DNA of 63,822 nt, counting the filler, from Choristocarpus tenellus KU-1152 (taxonomy: Eukaryota; Protista; Phaeophyceae), in assembly GCA_964200185.2 (NCBI GenBank). It is 10 parts of 10 records of this genome, joined end to end, with 100 filler letters (N's around TTAATTAATTAA, not from the genome) between each part and the next. Parts side by side here need not be neighbours in the genome. Positions count along the whole stretch, not along the records: positions 45,224 to 54,785 come from CAXNAD020003575.1; positions 54,886 to 60,995 come from CAXNAD020008916.1; positions 61,096 to 63,822 come from CAXNAD020025268.1; 7 more parts are not named here. One strand, given 5' to 3'. Below, piece by piece: positions 52,788-63,822 of this stretch. The notes under the pieces were generated by a model. The model was not told the origin of the DNA and did no database searches. It worked only from the letters and a program-made list of their open reading frames with translations. Each line of letters opens with the position of its first letter. The stretch's first letter is position 1. A program made the position numbers and the translations under genes.

Positions 52788-54785
52788 TGACGATCTGTTG
52801 TCCCACACAACCAGTTATATTATTTGAGTTTAGCTTATATCACATTTGAGGAGAGAGTGAGTTACCTTTCCTAGGTGGGACTCACCAATACTTTTATTAA
52901 ATGACTCCACAGTTTTTCCAGTACACGTCAGAATCTCCCCCACTTTAACAGTTCGCTGATTACTTCCTGGTCGAATAGTACCCTAACCCTAAATATCCCG
53001 AATGTCCCGCATTATCATCTGTAGGTACCTAAAATAATACTTCACATCATATTCTCACAAATGGTCAAGCACAATCCTAACCCACTCCCCTGCTCTGACT
53101 CTGCAGTTAGATTCAAATTAGTCCACTTCAAATCAATAGAATCTGTACACTTCAATTCTTATTCCCACACATGGACAAGGAAAAATCTTGACACACTCCC
53201 CTGCTCTGTCCATACATCATGAATCCAATGAGCTCAATCTGCACGCTAAACTTTCATCAGTGCATGTGAAGTATTCGTATTACGTGATGCTTGTAAAACC
53301 GCATACATGGATTTCTGTAGCTTCCCAACCGTGCAATCGAATTCAGCCACCACCCCCTCCGGCAACTCCACATACAAGTCTACCTCTTGTTCTGTATTGG
53401 TGAAAACCCTCACTACATTTGCCATACCTAGGCCCCACCCCAACCATAATGTCTATTCCAGGATCATTCGCAGGCTTGACTTTTGTGCTGTGGGTACGAA
53501 TTTTTCATGTACATCAATTCCAAGGATTTGTTGATATCGTTGTACCACCTTTCTTGCTTTCTAGTGCTCAACCAATACCACTGCATTCACCCTCCTGGAT
53601 AAAATGAATTTCGTTTTCCAGAATATTGCCTCTGTTGAAATGGCAACATTAACGCATGTGCCATGAGCAATTAATGCATCGATCTCAGCATAGATAGCCT
53701 CAAGTCACTCCTTGGACTCTCAAAACTCAAGAGCTTTCTTCGCAGTGAGAGGTACGGAAGGTAAATCACCCGCCGGAGTATCCCGTGGCCAGCCCAGTCA
53801 CAATTTATCGTCTATCATCTCGTTCACCTTGTGGCTGACCGCAAAGGCTGTTGGTCTAGTATTTGTCTTTAGTGCCAGAGGAGTTTCTGACAGCCTCACT
53901 CTATTCTGCCGGAGCGGAAAAAGCATCCTGGGTTCAGAGGGATGTGACTTCTCTCTTGACCCAAGCCTCCCACTCCCTTGCTGTTGAGGTGACGCAACCC
54001 TGTCCAAGACCCCCCAATTGTACAGTGTGACCCGACCCAAGCGCTATTCTTCAGCATTCCTTGACCCAATTTTCTCCCGCACATTAATGACTTCAACCGT
54101 ACCATCACAAAGAAATCCAACTTATTCATCATTAGAATATCCAGGTGTTTTTTCTGAACACGTGGTCACTGGAAAAAATCCTTTTCCCCTCGACAGTGGT
54201 AACCTTGAGGATTGATGCTGGGTGTCATCATGCAGGGTACTGTCCCGTATTGACTCCCAACTAATATCCCTTTGCATCACAGGTCGCCCTGAAAAAAGCA
54301 TCAATATGCGGTAAGTATGGAAAGGGTACTGGTTAAGTGGTGCAACACCCATCATAAAGCAGGGTTGATCGCGTGGTGAAGACTTTGTGGGTTTATTTTC
54401 TATACGAGTGTATCCACGGCTACCCCAAATTGGAACTTGTGTCACATGAGCAGTATGTCCATGCCATAATTCTCGTGGAGTTACCCATTCACTGTTGGCA
54501 GATGTGGGTGTCATGTTGTTACCACCATTGGCATGCGACCTGGTCTCTGCCCACAAGGTCCCATCATTTTCTAATCTGGCACCATATCGCAGTACAAGTG
54601 ACTTTTCCCACACAGAAGCAATTCTCTTTTCCACCACTCCATTGATCTGTGGTGCTACAGGTACAGTTTACTTGTGTGGAACACCGTACTTTTCCAGTAT
54701 TGACTCAAAGCCAGTTCCAGTAAATTCCGTCCCACAGTCCGTCCGCACAGGTTTGATCTCTATCTCAGCTGGCATGGCTGCATCG
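52788..54785 (-). mobile_element. Ty1/copia remnant (integrase, partial RT, PPT, 143-bp 3' LTR), truncated by gap
   Basis: VRTDCGTEF...VAPQINGVVEKR...LWAE...TPRELWHG...IWGSRGY (rve + SH3); LEAIYAEIDALIAHGT, LYVELPEG..GKLQKSMY (RT); PPT ~52935-52941; LTR candidate TGACG...CGTCA at 52788-52930. Confidence 0.88.
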
Positions 54786-54885
54786 NNNNNNNNNNNNNNN
54801 NNNNNNNNNNNNNNNNNNNNNNNNNNNNNTTAATTAATTAANNNNNNNNNNNNNNNNNNNNNNNNNNNNNNNNNNNNNNNNNNNN

Positions 54886-54954
54886 AAAAATCGCGACATC
54901 GAAAAATTGACCCCAAATGGACAGCCGCCACCCCCTCCCCAGATACTTTGAGCC
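54886..54954. mobile_element. MITE family C terminus at contig start
   Basis: AAAAATTGACCCCAAATGGACAGCCGCCACCCCCTCCCCAGATACTTTGAGCC, near-identical to 1-55. Confidence 0.8.
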
Positions 54955-56325
54955 AAATGTTGCAATGTGTGGGATCGTATATTCAGGAAAATTCAATTTC
55001 CTTGATCTGGAGACACACCACCTACATCCGCAGATTCCTCACGGAAGCTACCTGCTTTGGGGAATGGCGTGTTGGTCACAACATTTATTAGCGCACTTAT
55101 GATCAAAGTTCGAAGTCAACCCCCGTCTAGGATACTTCGGGTCATTTGAGGGTGTTGAACTCGTTACTTACGTTTAATTTGGCTCCGTTTGATATTCATA
55201 ATCAGTTCGTTACTATATTTTGATCAAGTCATTTGAAGCACTAATCAATGTGAGTGATCCAGCAATATAGATAGGGATACCCTTCAGGCACAACAATCCG
55301 TTTTCTTCCTTAGACATTGAGCCCACTGTATCTGTTACAGGCAAATAGCTTAAGTATTTATTCCCGCGATCTAACAAGCACGAGCAGTATACACATGTGG
55401 GGAACGTTATAAAGAGGAACTCCGATTTGCTAAAAGTTGCAGAGTAAGATCTGTATCTCGGGAATGTATGCAACGGTTTTCAGATGTATTCCAACGTCTG
55501 TAAAACTAGAACAAATAAACGGTAAATGATCAAATAAATTAAAGAGTATTTCATAATCAACGCCCTCTCTCCACTTTCTATTTTGATACCACGTTTTAAT
55601 ATACTGATATTGATTGAGAAAAGTACCAGCATCTGCTGACCTGACGTGCATTGGACCTGTTGACTTTCGGGGTATCCTGGGAGGCTTGTACGAGCATCAG
55701 CGTTATCTGTAGGGTTGTGGACTGGAGCTATACATCCTGTGGAGGTGAGCTATGGAACGTACTGTAACATATCATCCTAACTAGGTGAGTTAACTCGGTC
55801 CTGAAACAGTAATATGTATGCCATACTCGAAGTATGTCGTTTGTATTCACAAATCTTGAACTATTGACACCATACAAAACCCAAAATTAGTGAGTAGGCG
55901 TAACTAATGGTGTGACGCTCACGAAAAATCTCAGAAGCATTTTCTTGGGGGAATTACTTGCAATAGTGACGGTGTGGTACACTCGCTAAAAATACATACA
56001 CAAAATTACTGAGAGATGTAACAACAACCACATGGAAGGTCTTTCCGTTTTGACCTACACTAGGGCTGTCCTTGAGAAGTTGCTGACGTAAGTGTCAAAC
56101 AGGGCCTACTCTTCATAAGGAGGCCAAAAGGTGACCACTACCACCACCACCACCACCACACCCCCATATGCACACTCTGATTCTTCTTGGGGGAAAATAT
56201 CTTTTTAGAGTTTGTACACATCGCCACGGATGGTGATGGAGTATTTTCCACCCAAATTTATTCATCATTATTGTGCTAAATTGAAATATTCATATTAATT
56301 TAATAGAAATAGAGTGTCGTAAGTG

Positions 56326-56397
56326 GCGCTGATAGCTCAGTGGTAGAGCAGTAGATTGCAGCTCTACGGGTCCTTGGTTCGATCCCGAGTCGGCGCT
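56326..56397 (+). tRNA. trnC-GCA: tRNA-Cys(GCA), intronless
   Basis: Acceptor GCGCTGA/TCGGCGC, D-arm GCTC/GAGC, anticodon arm GTAGA-TTGCAGC-TCTAC, T-arm CTTGG-TTCGATC-CCGAG, U73 discriminator, downstream T-run (Pol III terminator). Confidence 0.96.
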
Positions 56398-58104
56398 TTC
56401 TTTTTTCCCTTCCTCTTTGAAGAGGGATAATATTGAAACATTTATTCGATAGTAGCACAATACCCTATTTTGCCCAGTTGTTCAGACACGATTCAATTTC
56501 CACAGAATACATCACACTGAAGTCTCTAATAACACATCAATGTTTGTTTGGTTTTGGCTTGATACTGGGAAGTAAAAAGTACGGAATATCACCTCCTCTC
56601 GTCTCCATTCTCCACAGGAGATGTAAGCCCTTTCATGCAGGGACAAGAGGTGGATCATATGTGACAAAAACATGTATTATTTGAATTATTTCAGAATATG
56701 TACAAATACATGCTCAAGTAGTGTCACTCACCTGGAGTCTACAGTCAGTGCAGCGTCTGGGGTGACACGAGCAAGACGAATAGAAGTTAACAAAGAAAAA
56801 ATAACACAACTTATGCCACTCTACCCCAACTAAGCCCTTATATATAAGAAGATATCCAGCTAGAGGAGGTGACAAAAACACCACCCAAAATGTTCCGCTT
56901 GTCTCCAGAATCACCGTGATTTCCTACTACCTACAACTACCTTGTCCAATACTTGCGCAAAAGAGTCATCTCCACAAATAGCGCAGCAACCGTTGAAATC
57001 AACTACATCCCGCAGAGACGGTTGCATTTGGTCACTGTGCATGGGAGAACGAGCATTCAGATGTAACTGAAGCGGTAAATGCAGGCAAATACTTCCTTGT
57101 CGCAACTTACTCAACTCTTTAAAAAGCTCCTCATTTACTTTCCCCCATTTGAGGGAACCACCAAGTTCCTCTACCATGACCGCATCCTCTTCTAGCTGGT
57201 ATATCAGTATATCCTCATAGCTGATCTTCAGCTGTGCCGTCTTGTGGGCATTTCCCCCATCCCCGTATCTAAAGGAGGGCACCCCATCACCCTACTGCTC
57301 TGTGTGACACATTGGTCGTCTTTTTGAGCACAGCTTAGTCATGCTGAACCACTGGCTGCTCTCAGCAGAGGAGGGGGCGGTCTCTCCATGCCCCTCGAGG
57401 TCACTTGTGAAAGAAGTTTCCAATCGTGACATCCCTTTATTGTTGTGGAGGTAAATTTCACGGTCAATCCCTCAACCTTAACATTGATGACTTCCTTGCT
57501 TTCTGCTACACCACCATATTCTATATCATTATCTTCTTTGTCGTAGTGGCCTTTGCTTGCATAGTCAACATTGTCCGGCACGCTCGCTCAACACTTGCCT
57601 TCCCTGATGGAAGCAGAACTATAGTCCAGAAATATTGACCCATAGAAGTAGCTACATTATAACTAAATTCTTCAACCCTCTAAAGCCCACATGGTCTCTA
57701 TAAACACCACCCAGTCAAGTTGTTGCTATGACAACATGTACAATTCAACTGATATATGACTGACTGACTGTTACAGCGTATCCGCTGTGAATTTTCATTT
57801 GTTGTACCCGCACGAAATAACCTCAAAGCTACCTTTCATTCCATCCACACATTCGTAGGCACTGCAGTTCCTTGCAACAGAAAAAGCGTTTAAAAACTGA
57901 ATATGGCCTGAAAAATCTGTCCATTTGACCCATTTTTTAGAGTATCATATCATTGGTATTATTTTTGAGATATTCATGTATCATATTAACATAATCTCTT
58001 TTTCCCAATGCCATAGAAAATATATAATCTCTCCAAATATATTTGAGACCCATCAGCGTATGTATCTATTATGACAATATCTTATGATGATATGATCTTA
58101 TGTG

Positions 58105-58150
58105 GCACTGATTGCTCATTGGCAGAGCAGTTCAATCTTGAGTCATCGCT
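58105..58150 (+). pseudogene. tRNA-Cys pseudogene lacking the anticodon arm and variable loop
   Basis: GCACTGATTGCTCATTGGCAGAGCAG|TTCAATCTTGAGTCATCGCT aligns to both ends of 56326-56397 with a ~26-nt internal deletion; same upstream GTG and a downstream T-run. Confidence 0.75.
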
Positions 58151-58201
58151 CGTCTTTCACTTTTTTGCTTTGGCTGTTTTGGGCAGGTAGAGTTCTATAC
58201 T

Positions 58202-58722
58202 GTCTGCTGGATAAAAATTGGTGCATTTTATTGACTGTAAGGACAGCATATCATTCTCCCTGACTGTTCAGGCACACTTTATTGTTAATTCACCCAAAAT
58301 AGGCTCAACGTATCTGGGGGGGGTGGCGGCTGTCAGTTTGGGGTCAATTCTTTCATGTTGCGATTTTTGGGTGATTTGGTTGCATGTGTCGGATGGATAA
58401 TTATATTATAAATGCACTTATCCTGATTTTGGCCCAAATGGACACCCTGGCGTAGACCCCCCCCCCCCCCCCAACCCCACGCTCCTTAATNNNNNNNNNN
58501 GGACACCCTGGCGTAGCCCCCCCCCCCTCCCCCCAGATACTTTGGGTCATATATATATTATTATATTCCAACAGTCTGATGGGTCTGCTGGATAACAATT
58601 GGTGCATTTTATGGACTGTGAGGACAGCATATCATTCTCCCTGACTGTTCAGGCACACTTTATTGTTAATTCACCCAATATATATATATATATATTATTA
58701 TATTCCAACAGTCTGATGGGTC
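58202..58722. repeat. Tandem duplication (~135-bp unit); first unit interrupted by a family C MITE
   Basis: GTCTGCTGGATAA.AATTGGTGCATTTTAT...TTCACCCAA...ATATATATTATTATATTCCAACAGTCTGATGG; units start at 58202 and 58583. Confidence 0.9.
58302..58548. mobile_element. MITE family C, complete copy (contains a 10-N gap)
   Basis: TIRs GGCTCAACGTATCTGGGGG / CCCCCAGATACTTTGGGTC; ATA on both flanks. Confidence 0.85.
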
Positions 58723-59437
58723 CCAAACCATGGGTCCCAAACCCATGGTCAAAAGTAGTTAGGGAAAGGCAATAACATATATCACTCTCCAGTACTTGAG
58801 AGAAAAAAAAAACTGCAAAAAAAATATGGGCACTAATAGTTGCAAGAAAGCAATGGACGAAACAATTAGACTGAGATAATTCAATGTTGCTTAGGAGGGC
58901 AACCAAGGAGAGAAACCCGACCAGAATGCACTATTTGCATTATTTTAAGGAAATAGCACCCAGTACTTGGGTATGAACAGGACATTTATTAATTTCGTCA
59001 CAAATCTTAGCTCCTCTACAGAGGAGTATAGGAAATAGGGGGGAAAGCACTAGGAAAAAAGCGTAGCAAATGTGTACCTTCAACCTGAGCATCACTCATC
59101 ACATTTCACACAAAGGAAGAGGGATACAAGGATAGTCAACCCCCCTCAAAAAGGAGATAATGGGAAAAGCATTAAGCAGGCAGTAGTGATTGCGCATGTG
59201 CCACGGTCTGCTTAGGCTGCCTTAGCTGCTGCCTCTTGGCATTACATATACGTCAGCTATCGCAGCTTATCTCTGGCTTACCACTCCTCTCCTCTCTACC
59301 GTTCTTTGAGAGTCGCTCATCTCCGATGTGTGCAACTGACGTCATACAAGTAGGAGCTTCCCTTATTGAACAGTCGCCTTGATGCTGTCACAACTAGTCG
59401 TCACAAAACCATCTCTGTAGGACATATACTTAGGACT

Positions 59438-59682
59438 GAGCCTAAGTAGAGGTACCCAGCTTTTTGGCGTGTTGCATTTGAAGTCTATTTTCAGTCTTTT
59501 GCAATTCTTCCATGTTTCTAAGGATGAAGTTCTAAGTTTGATTTGAGAGGATTAATTTCTCCATTGCTTGAAACGTTTCAGACACAGCTCAGAAAACATC
59601 CTACCCAGAGTTGTACAAAAAAGCTAACTTTTGTCAGCATCAAGAAAATGCAACTCTGGGTACCTCTCGTTTACTTTGACTC
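59438..59682. mobile_element. MITE family B, opposite orientation to 39582
   Basis: GAGCCTAAGTAGAGGTACCCAG ... AAAATGCAACTCTGGGTACCTCTCGTTTACTTTGACTC; ACT on both flanks. Confidence 0.85.
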
Positions 59683-60065
59683 ACTGCCGTGAAAAAGGTG
59701 TTGAATTGGATGGGCGCAAAAATACAACCTTGACGAAGACCTTCCTGGACCTCAAATGAGTCCAAAAGTCTCCATCATCCATGCGGACACATACCCGAAT
59801 TCGAACATGGAACTGGTGGATGACTGAGATAATTTTCGCAGACACGTTTGGCAAGCACAACCCAAGGAATTGCGGTGAACAGGGAAATAACCTGTAAGTC
59901 TAAAAAACTGGTGCAGGCTTTCCCGATCGAGCTCCTGGAAGGCAAGTAAGGTGTACATTATTTTGAACGCTTCAAGTTAGAGATTATGACTATAGCAACA
60001 ACTTGCTAGTTCATAACCCATCATTCGCACCTTGTTTGCATCTGTGCAGTCCGAAGGCTAGAACC

Positions 60066-60995
60066 CTACATAATTTCTAGTGTAGAGTATTGTGGACTGC
60101 AACCACAATGTTCCTCATGAAGTGTGTTGTCCAATTCTAGAGTGACAAAACCATTAGGGTTCGGGGCTAGGTTGATTGCCGCTGTAGAGAGAAGCTCCAG
60201 TTCCGAGGGCATGGGTTGGTGGCCCTGGGGAGGTGCGGCAAAGGTCTTGTCCATGTTTAGGTCAATGCCTACCTCATGGAGGTTAGTTTTTAACTGCTCG
60301 AAAGCAGCTATGGTGGTAGGGTTGATCCCCCTTGCAGATATGGACGTGTCATCCAGATATCTCCGGAAGGAAACCCCTTGGGGTCCAAAGACTGATTGGA
60401 CCTGTTGCAAGGCCTTGTGTGTTGCCATGCAATATAAGATGGGGCCCAGTGGGTCTCCCTGTTGGGCCCCAGACCTCGATGGTACAATCTTCGTCCCTCC
60501 CTCATCTAGGGGGAAAAGAAGATTTCTGGTGTTCCCATATACCTTAGAAACATAAGGTAGAAGTCCTGGTATAGTCTCTGGGAGGGCCTCGACGAAAGCT
60601 GAGTGACGTACGCTGTTGAAGGCATTCCTTCCGTTCAAACTGATGACCCATTCTCTGCACTCATTCCTTAGGCGGATATCCAGGAGTGCACGTTCTATGC
60701 CATTTGGGACCCCGACGCCAAATTGTTCTACTCCCCTGAAAAAATCCTCTAGGTAGGGGCGCCAGTCTGTGCAGAAAGCTGAAGCTCTCGCCTTCCTGAA
60801 AAAAGACCTGCAGGCAACCGGGCGACACTTCTCCCCAATTGCGGACAGTCTGGAGTTTGTGTGGAGTGTCTAGAACTCTAGGGGGAGAGAGTCTGGGGAG
60901 GTGTAGGCTAGCTCCCATAGCTTTGCAAACACCTCTGCCACTTCTTCGTGACCAACATCTGTCGTGATGGCTGATCTGATGTGGCTTGGGCGCAT
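60066..60995 (-). mobile_element. Non-LTR retrotransposon RT fragment, CRE-clade-like
   Basis: KCRPVAC, EQFGVGVPNGIE, SLNGRNAFNSVRH, SGAQQGDPLGPILY, YLDD, VGIDLNMDKT; frameshifts upstream; truncated by gap. Confidence 0.88.
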
Positions 60996-61694
60996 NNNNN
61001 NNNNNNNNNNNNNNNNNNNNNNNNNNNNNNNNNNNNNNNTTAATTAATTAANNNNNNNNNNNNNNNNNNNNNNNNNNNNNNNNNNNNNNNNNNNNCACCC
61101 CCCCCTCCCCATCCACAAAAAATGACCCAAACCCAGACCCCAAACAAATCAGGCTGTCATTTCCTACACAAAATATAGAACAAAAAACTTCCCCAGATGA
61201 AAAAAACCCAACTGAATACACGTTCAAAAAAAAAATTCTTGTCAGGAAAAAGAACTACCACTCAGCTCTTCTCAATCTCTCACGGCTGCTCACCCCTATG
61301 CCTCACCCATCTGACCATCATTATCCTCCTACCCAAAAAATTTCCCCTTCCAATTGTGGGTAACCCTCATGGACTCTCAAGAAACAATTACTTCCACTCT
61401 TACTGTGTTCAACAAATCAGCTACGTTTACCCCTCCCTAGATAGAACCAAATATCCCACAATTCAAAGGCACCAGATAAACACTTGGCAGAACAAAGCAA
61501 CAGGTATGCTATGTTAACAAGTAGGTCAAAGAAAAAGACAGAAGACACATAAAAGTATCACCACACATTGGGCAAGATTCGTTGCGCCCCTCTGCCCTCC
61601 CCCCCCCTCCCTTGCCAACCTTCCCCGACCCCAAAAAAAAATGAATTTTCATGCAAACAAGGAGGCATTTTGAGGGCAAGAAACAATCTCTGGG

Positions 61695-61700
<6 letters not shown>

Positions 61701-61737
<37 letters not shown>
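61701..61737. repeat. (AC)n microsatellite
   Basis: Perfect AC run. Confidence 0.95.
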
Positions 61738-61739
<2 letters not shown>

Positions 61740-62163
61740 AGCAACTATCTGTAGATACAGTACACAACTCCCAAGCACACATTGCTCTGTGCGCAAAAGC
61801 AAACGCTTGTCTGGGGAACACAAATTAAGGCAGTAAACCAGCCCTGCAAGCAATCGACATACTACCCGCAAGCAAGGTCTCATTATACAATTAAATACCT
61901 CCTCCATCCCCCTCCCTCTTAAAAAGGGTTGGTCGGGGCTATTACAGCATCGCTTGAGCAGAGAGGAAAAGAAGAAAGGAATGCTCACATAAATGTCCAC
62001 GCTCAATTCCTTTGATACTTCCCCTCACCAACATACATACATTAGTATGATTTGCATCAACACAAAAAACCTTAGGGTTAGGGTTGCACCTGTTGGTGGA
62101 GGAAGGGGAAAAAGGTTACAGCCTACACTATGATCAGCTTCACAAGAAAAAGGTTAGTCTCAC

Positions 62164-63125
62164 CACACACTCCTCAGAACCCTTGTCCACAACATTCCAG
62201 TACTCCTTCTCAAGCTCTTGCAGCCTGGTCAATTTCTGGGGAGGAACAGAAGAAGCACACACATGCACAGACAGAGACAGACATGGTCAGGAACAACATG
62301 CAAGGAGGGGAGGGGGGGGATGTACAAGGTTGTGTCTTCGTACCCACAGCTGATATAAGGGAGATGGGTCTATGAGAGGGGATGACACCCATCTCCTTGG
62401 AGAGGTGAACGCAGCAATACTCACTGTGTTGTGTTCATTGCTCAAAACCCAACACTGTGAAGGACTGTTGGCAATCACTAAGCAGGGACAAACACACACA
62501 AAATAGTTGTGAGTATGTGCATCATTTCAAGTATGCATAGAATGTACTGCCTACTTCATACCTCTCTGGGTATCCCTTGTGCTGGGAACTGTAACATCAG
62601 TACCAAGAACGCAGTACATCAAACCTACAACAGACTCTTATTGCAGTGCCCATGATGGAAAAGATAGACTTCTCCAAAGGCCGACCTCAAATCCATAGTA
62701 AACTAACGCACAATCTGTACGCCTTATGCCCTTTAGACACCCTATGCAGAGTAAAAGGCATACATCATTCACTCCCCCCTTGAAAATGCATGACAGAGTG
62801 TATACATCAGTGTAACCCCCACATGACAGCCTCGAAAGAGAGGAAAGAGCCTAGTATACCAGGTCTACATTTTGATCCAAAATCTATTGCATGGAAAACT
62901 GTTTGGTGTATAAGGCAAACAGCAATTCTTTTCTTACATTCCAATTATTTTTTCAAAGCAGTGTTGGAGCTTTGCTCATACCAACCTCACCTTTTGCTTT
63001 TCCCCAAAACTCCTGTCCTCCATTTCTTGATCCATTTCCACTTTGATGGAAGAGACAGGCTGTCCTCCCCACCCTTGGCCTGCCCTTCCCCTCAACTGTC
63101 CTTCATCACTGTCAGCACCAGCGTC
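62164..63125 (-). CDS. Internal exons of a probable KDM5/JARID-like JmjC histone demethylase
   Basis: Exon 62235-62164 (CAG|...|GTGAGA) encodes KLTRLQELEKEYWNVVDKGSEECV, resembling the E..(F/Y)W..V...V segment before VEYG.D in KDM5 proteins; upstream candidate exon 63125-62991 is low complexity, phase 0. The JmjC core is not in the window. Confidence 0.5.
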
Positions 63126-63822
63126 CTGTACCATGTTGGACAAAATGTTAGAAGTGCCTTAAGTTGTGCTATTGCTATGGGCATATACACCACTACATAA
63201 TATACCGCCCCCGAAACCATCAGGACTACCGGCCTTACACTGACCAGCAGAAGGCCCACAAAACAGTATGGATCACAAGGCAGGGGCAATTTTCAGTTCA
63301 GATGCAGGAAAATGGTTCAAGATGGAGAGGTCAAGGGAGGGGGGAGGAGGGGAATGAGCACATATTTGCAGGTAATGAACAAACAAAAGTAAGAGCAACA
63401 TGCATAGAAATATGTATAAATCAATGCACATATTCCGGAATACATCCTTTTGACTGCATTATGAAATATTCTGGCGTTCATAAAAAAAAAGTAGTTTCTG
63501 AGCAACCAACACTTTCTTCTCTGATATCTGCCAAAGCTCCAAGGAATGTGACTCAAGGTACTGTACAAGCCAAGCACACACACACACACCTGTGTACAAC
63601 ATAAGGTATAACCCCTCCCCCTCCTCCACTCTCTCCTCTCTCCCACTGATCCCTGTACCCATACCAAACAAGTTACTCCCTGGAATTTTAATACTCAACC
63701 AAGCCAGATACACAGGAAAATGCACACTACAAGATCAGATGCAATATAGAAGTGGGACAACATCATAGACAACATGAAGACCCTTGGGGGCTGGGGGAGG
63801 GGGGGGGGGACCCCTTAACAAA

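Noticed and set aside
9166-61095. Recurrent palindromic TTAATTAATTAA flanked by Ns as a biological repeat or array
   Set aside because: Identical 44N-12-44N structure nine times: an artificial six-frame-stop linker.

Overview
Eukaryotic, intron-rich, TE-dense genomic DNA, most likely from a brown alga or a close stramenopile relative (inference from a 72-nt single-LRR exon and the gene sequences). The window is not contiguous: ten short contigs are joined by artificial 100-bp linkers (44 N + TTAATTAATTAA + 44 N), so synteny across linkers cannot be trusted. Host genes reconstructed by hand with phase-consistent GT-AG introns: a two-HMG-box protein with a His/Glu/Gly-rich N-terminus (minus, 15397-19483), the 5' part of serine palmitoyltransferase LCB2 (minus, 7 exons, 24960-30787), the start of an LRR (ROCO-type architecture) gene (plus, 47088-52267), a probable KDM5/JARID-like fragment, an intact tRNA-Cys(GCA) and a deleted pseudo-copy of it. 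The rest is decayed TEs: a Ty3/gypsy pol, three Ty1/copia elements, a full-length mariner with TIRs and TA TSD, a CRE-like non-LTR RT, and three related MITE families sharing a G(A/G)(G/C)T(C/G)AAAGTA terminus. Most notable: a copia whose LTR ends in ~63-bp inverted repeats, a triple-nested MITE stack, a CpG-decay signature with CpG-island-like gene starts, and the His-rich HMG protein. I see no convincing evidence for a wholly new multi-gene system; the leads are transposon-structural and epigenetic. All coordinates and identities were counted by hand.
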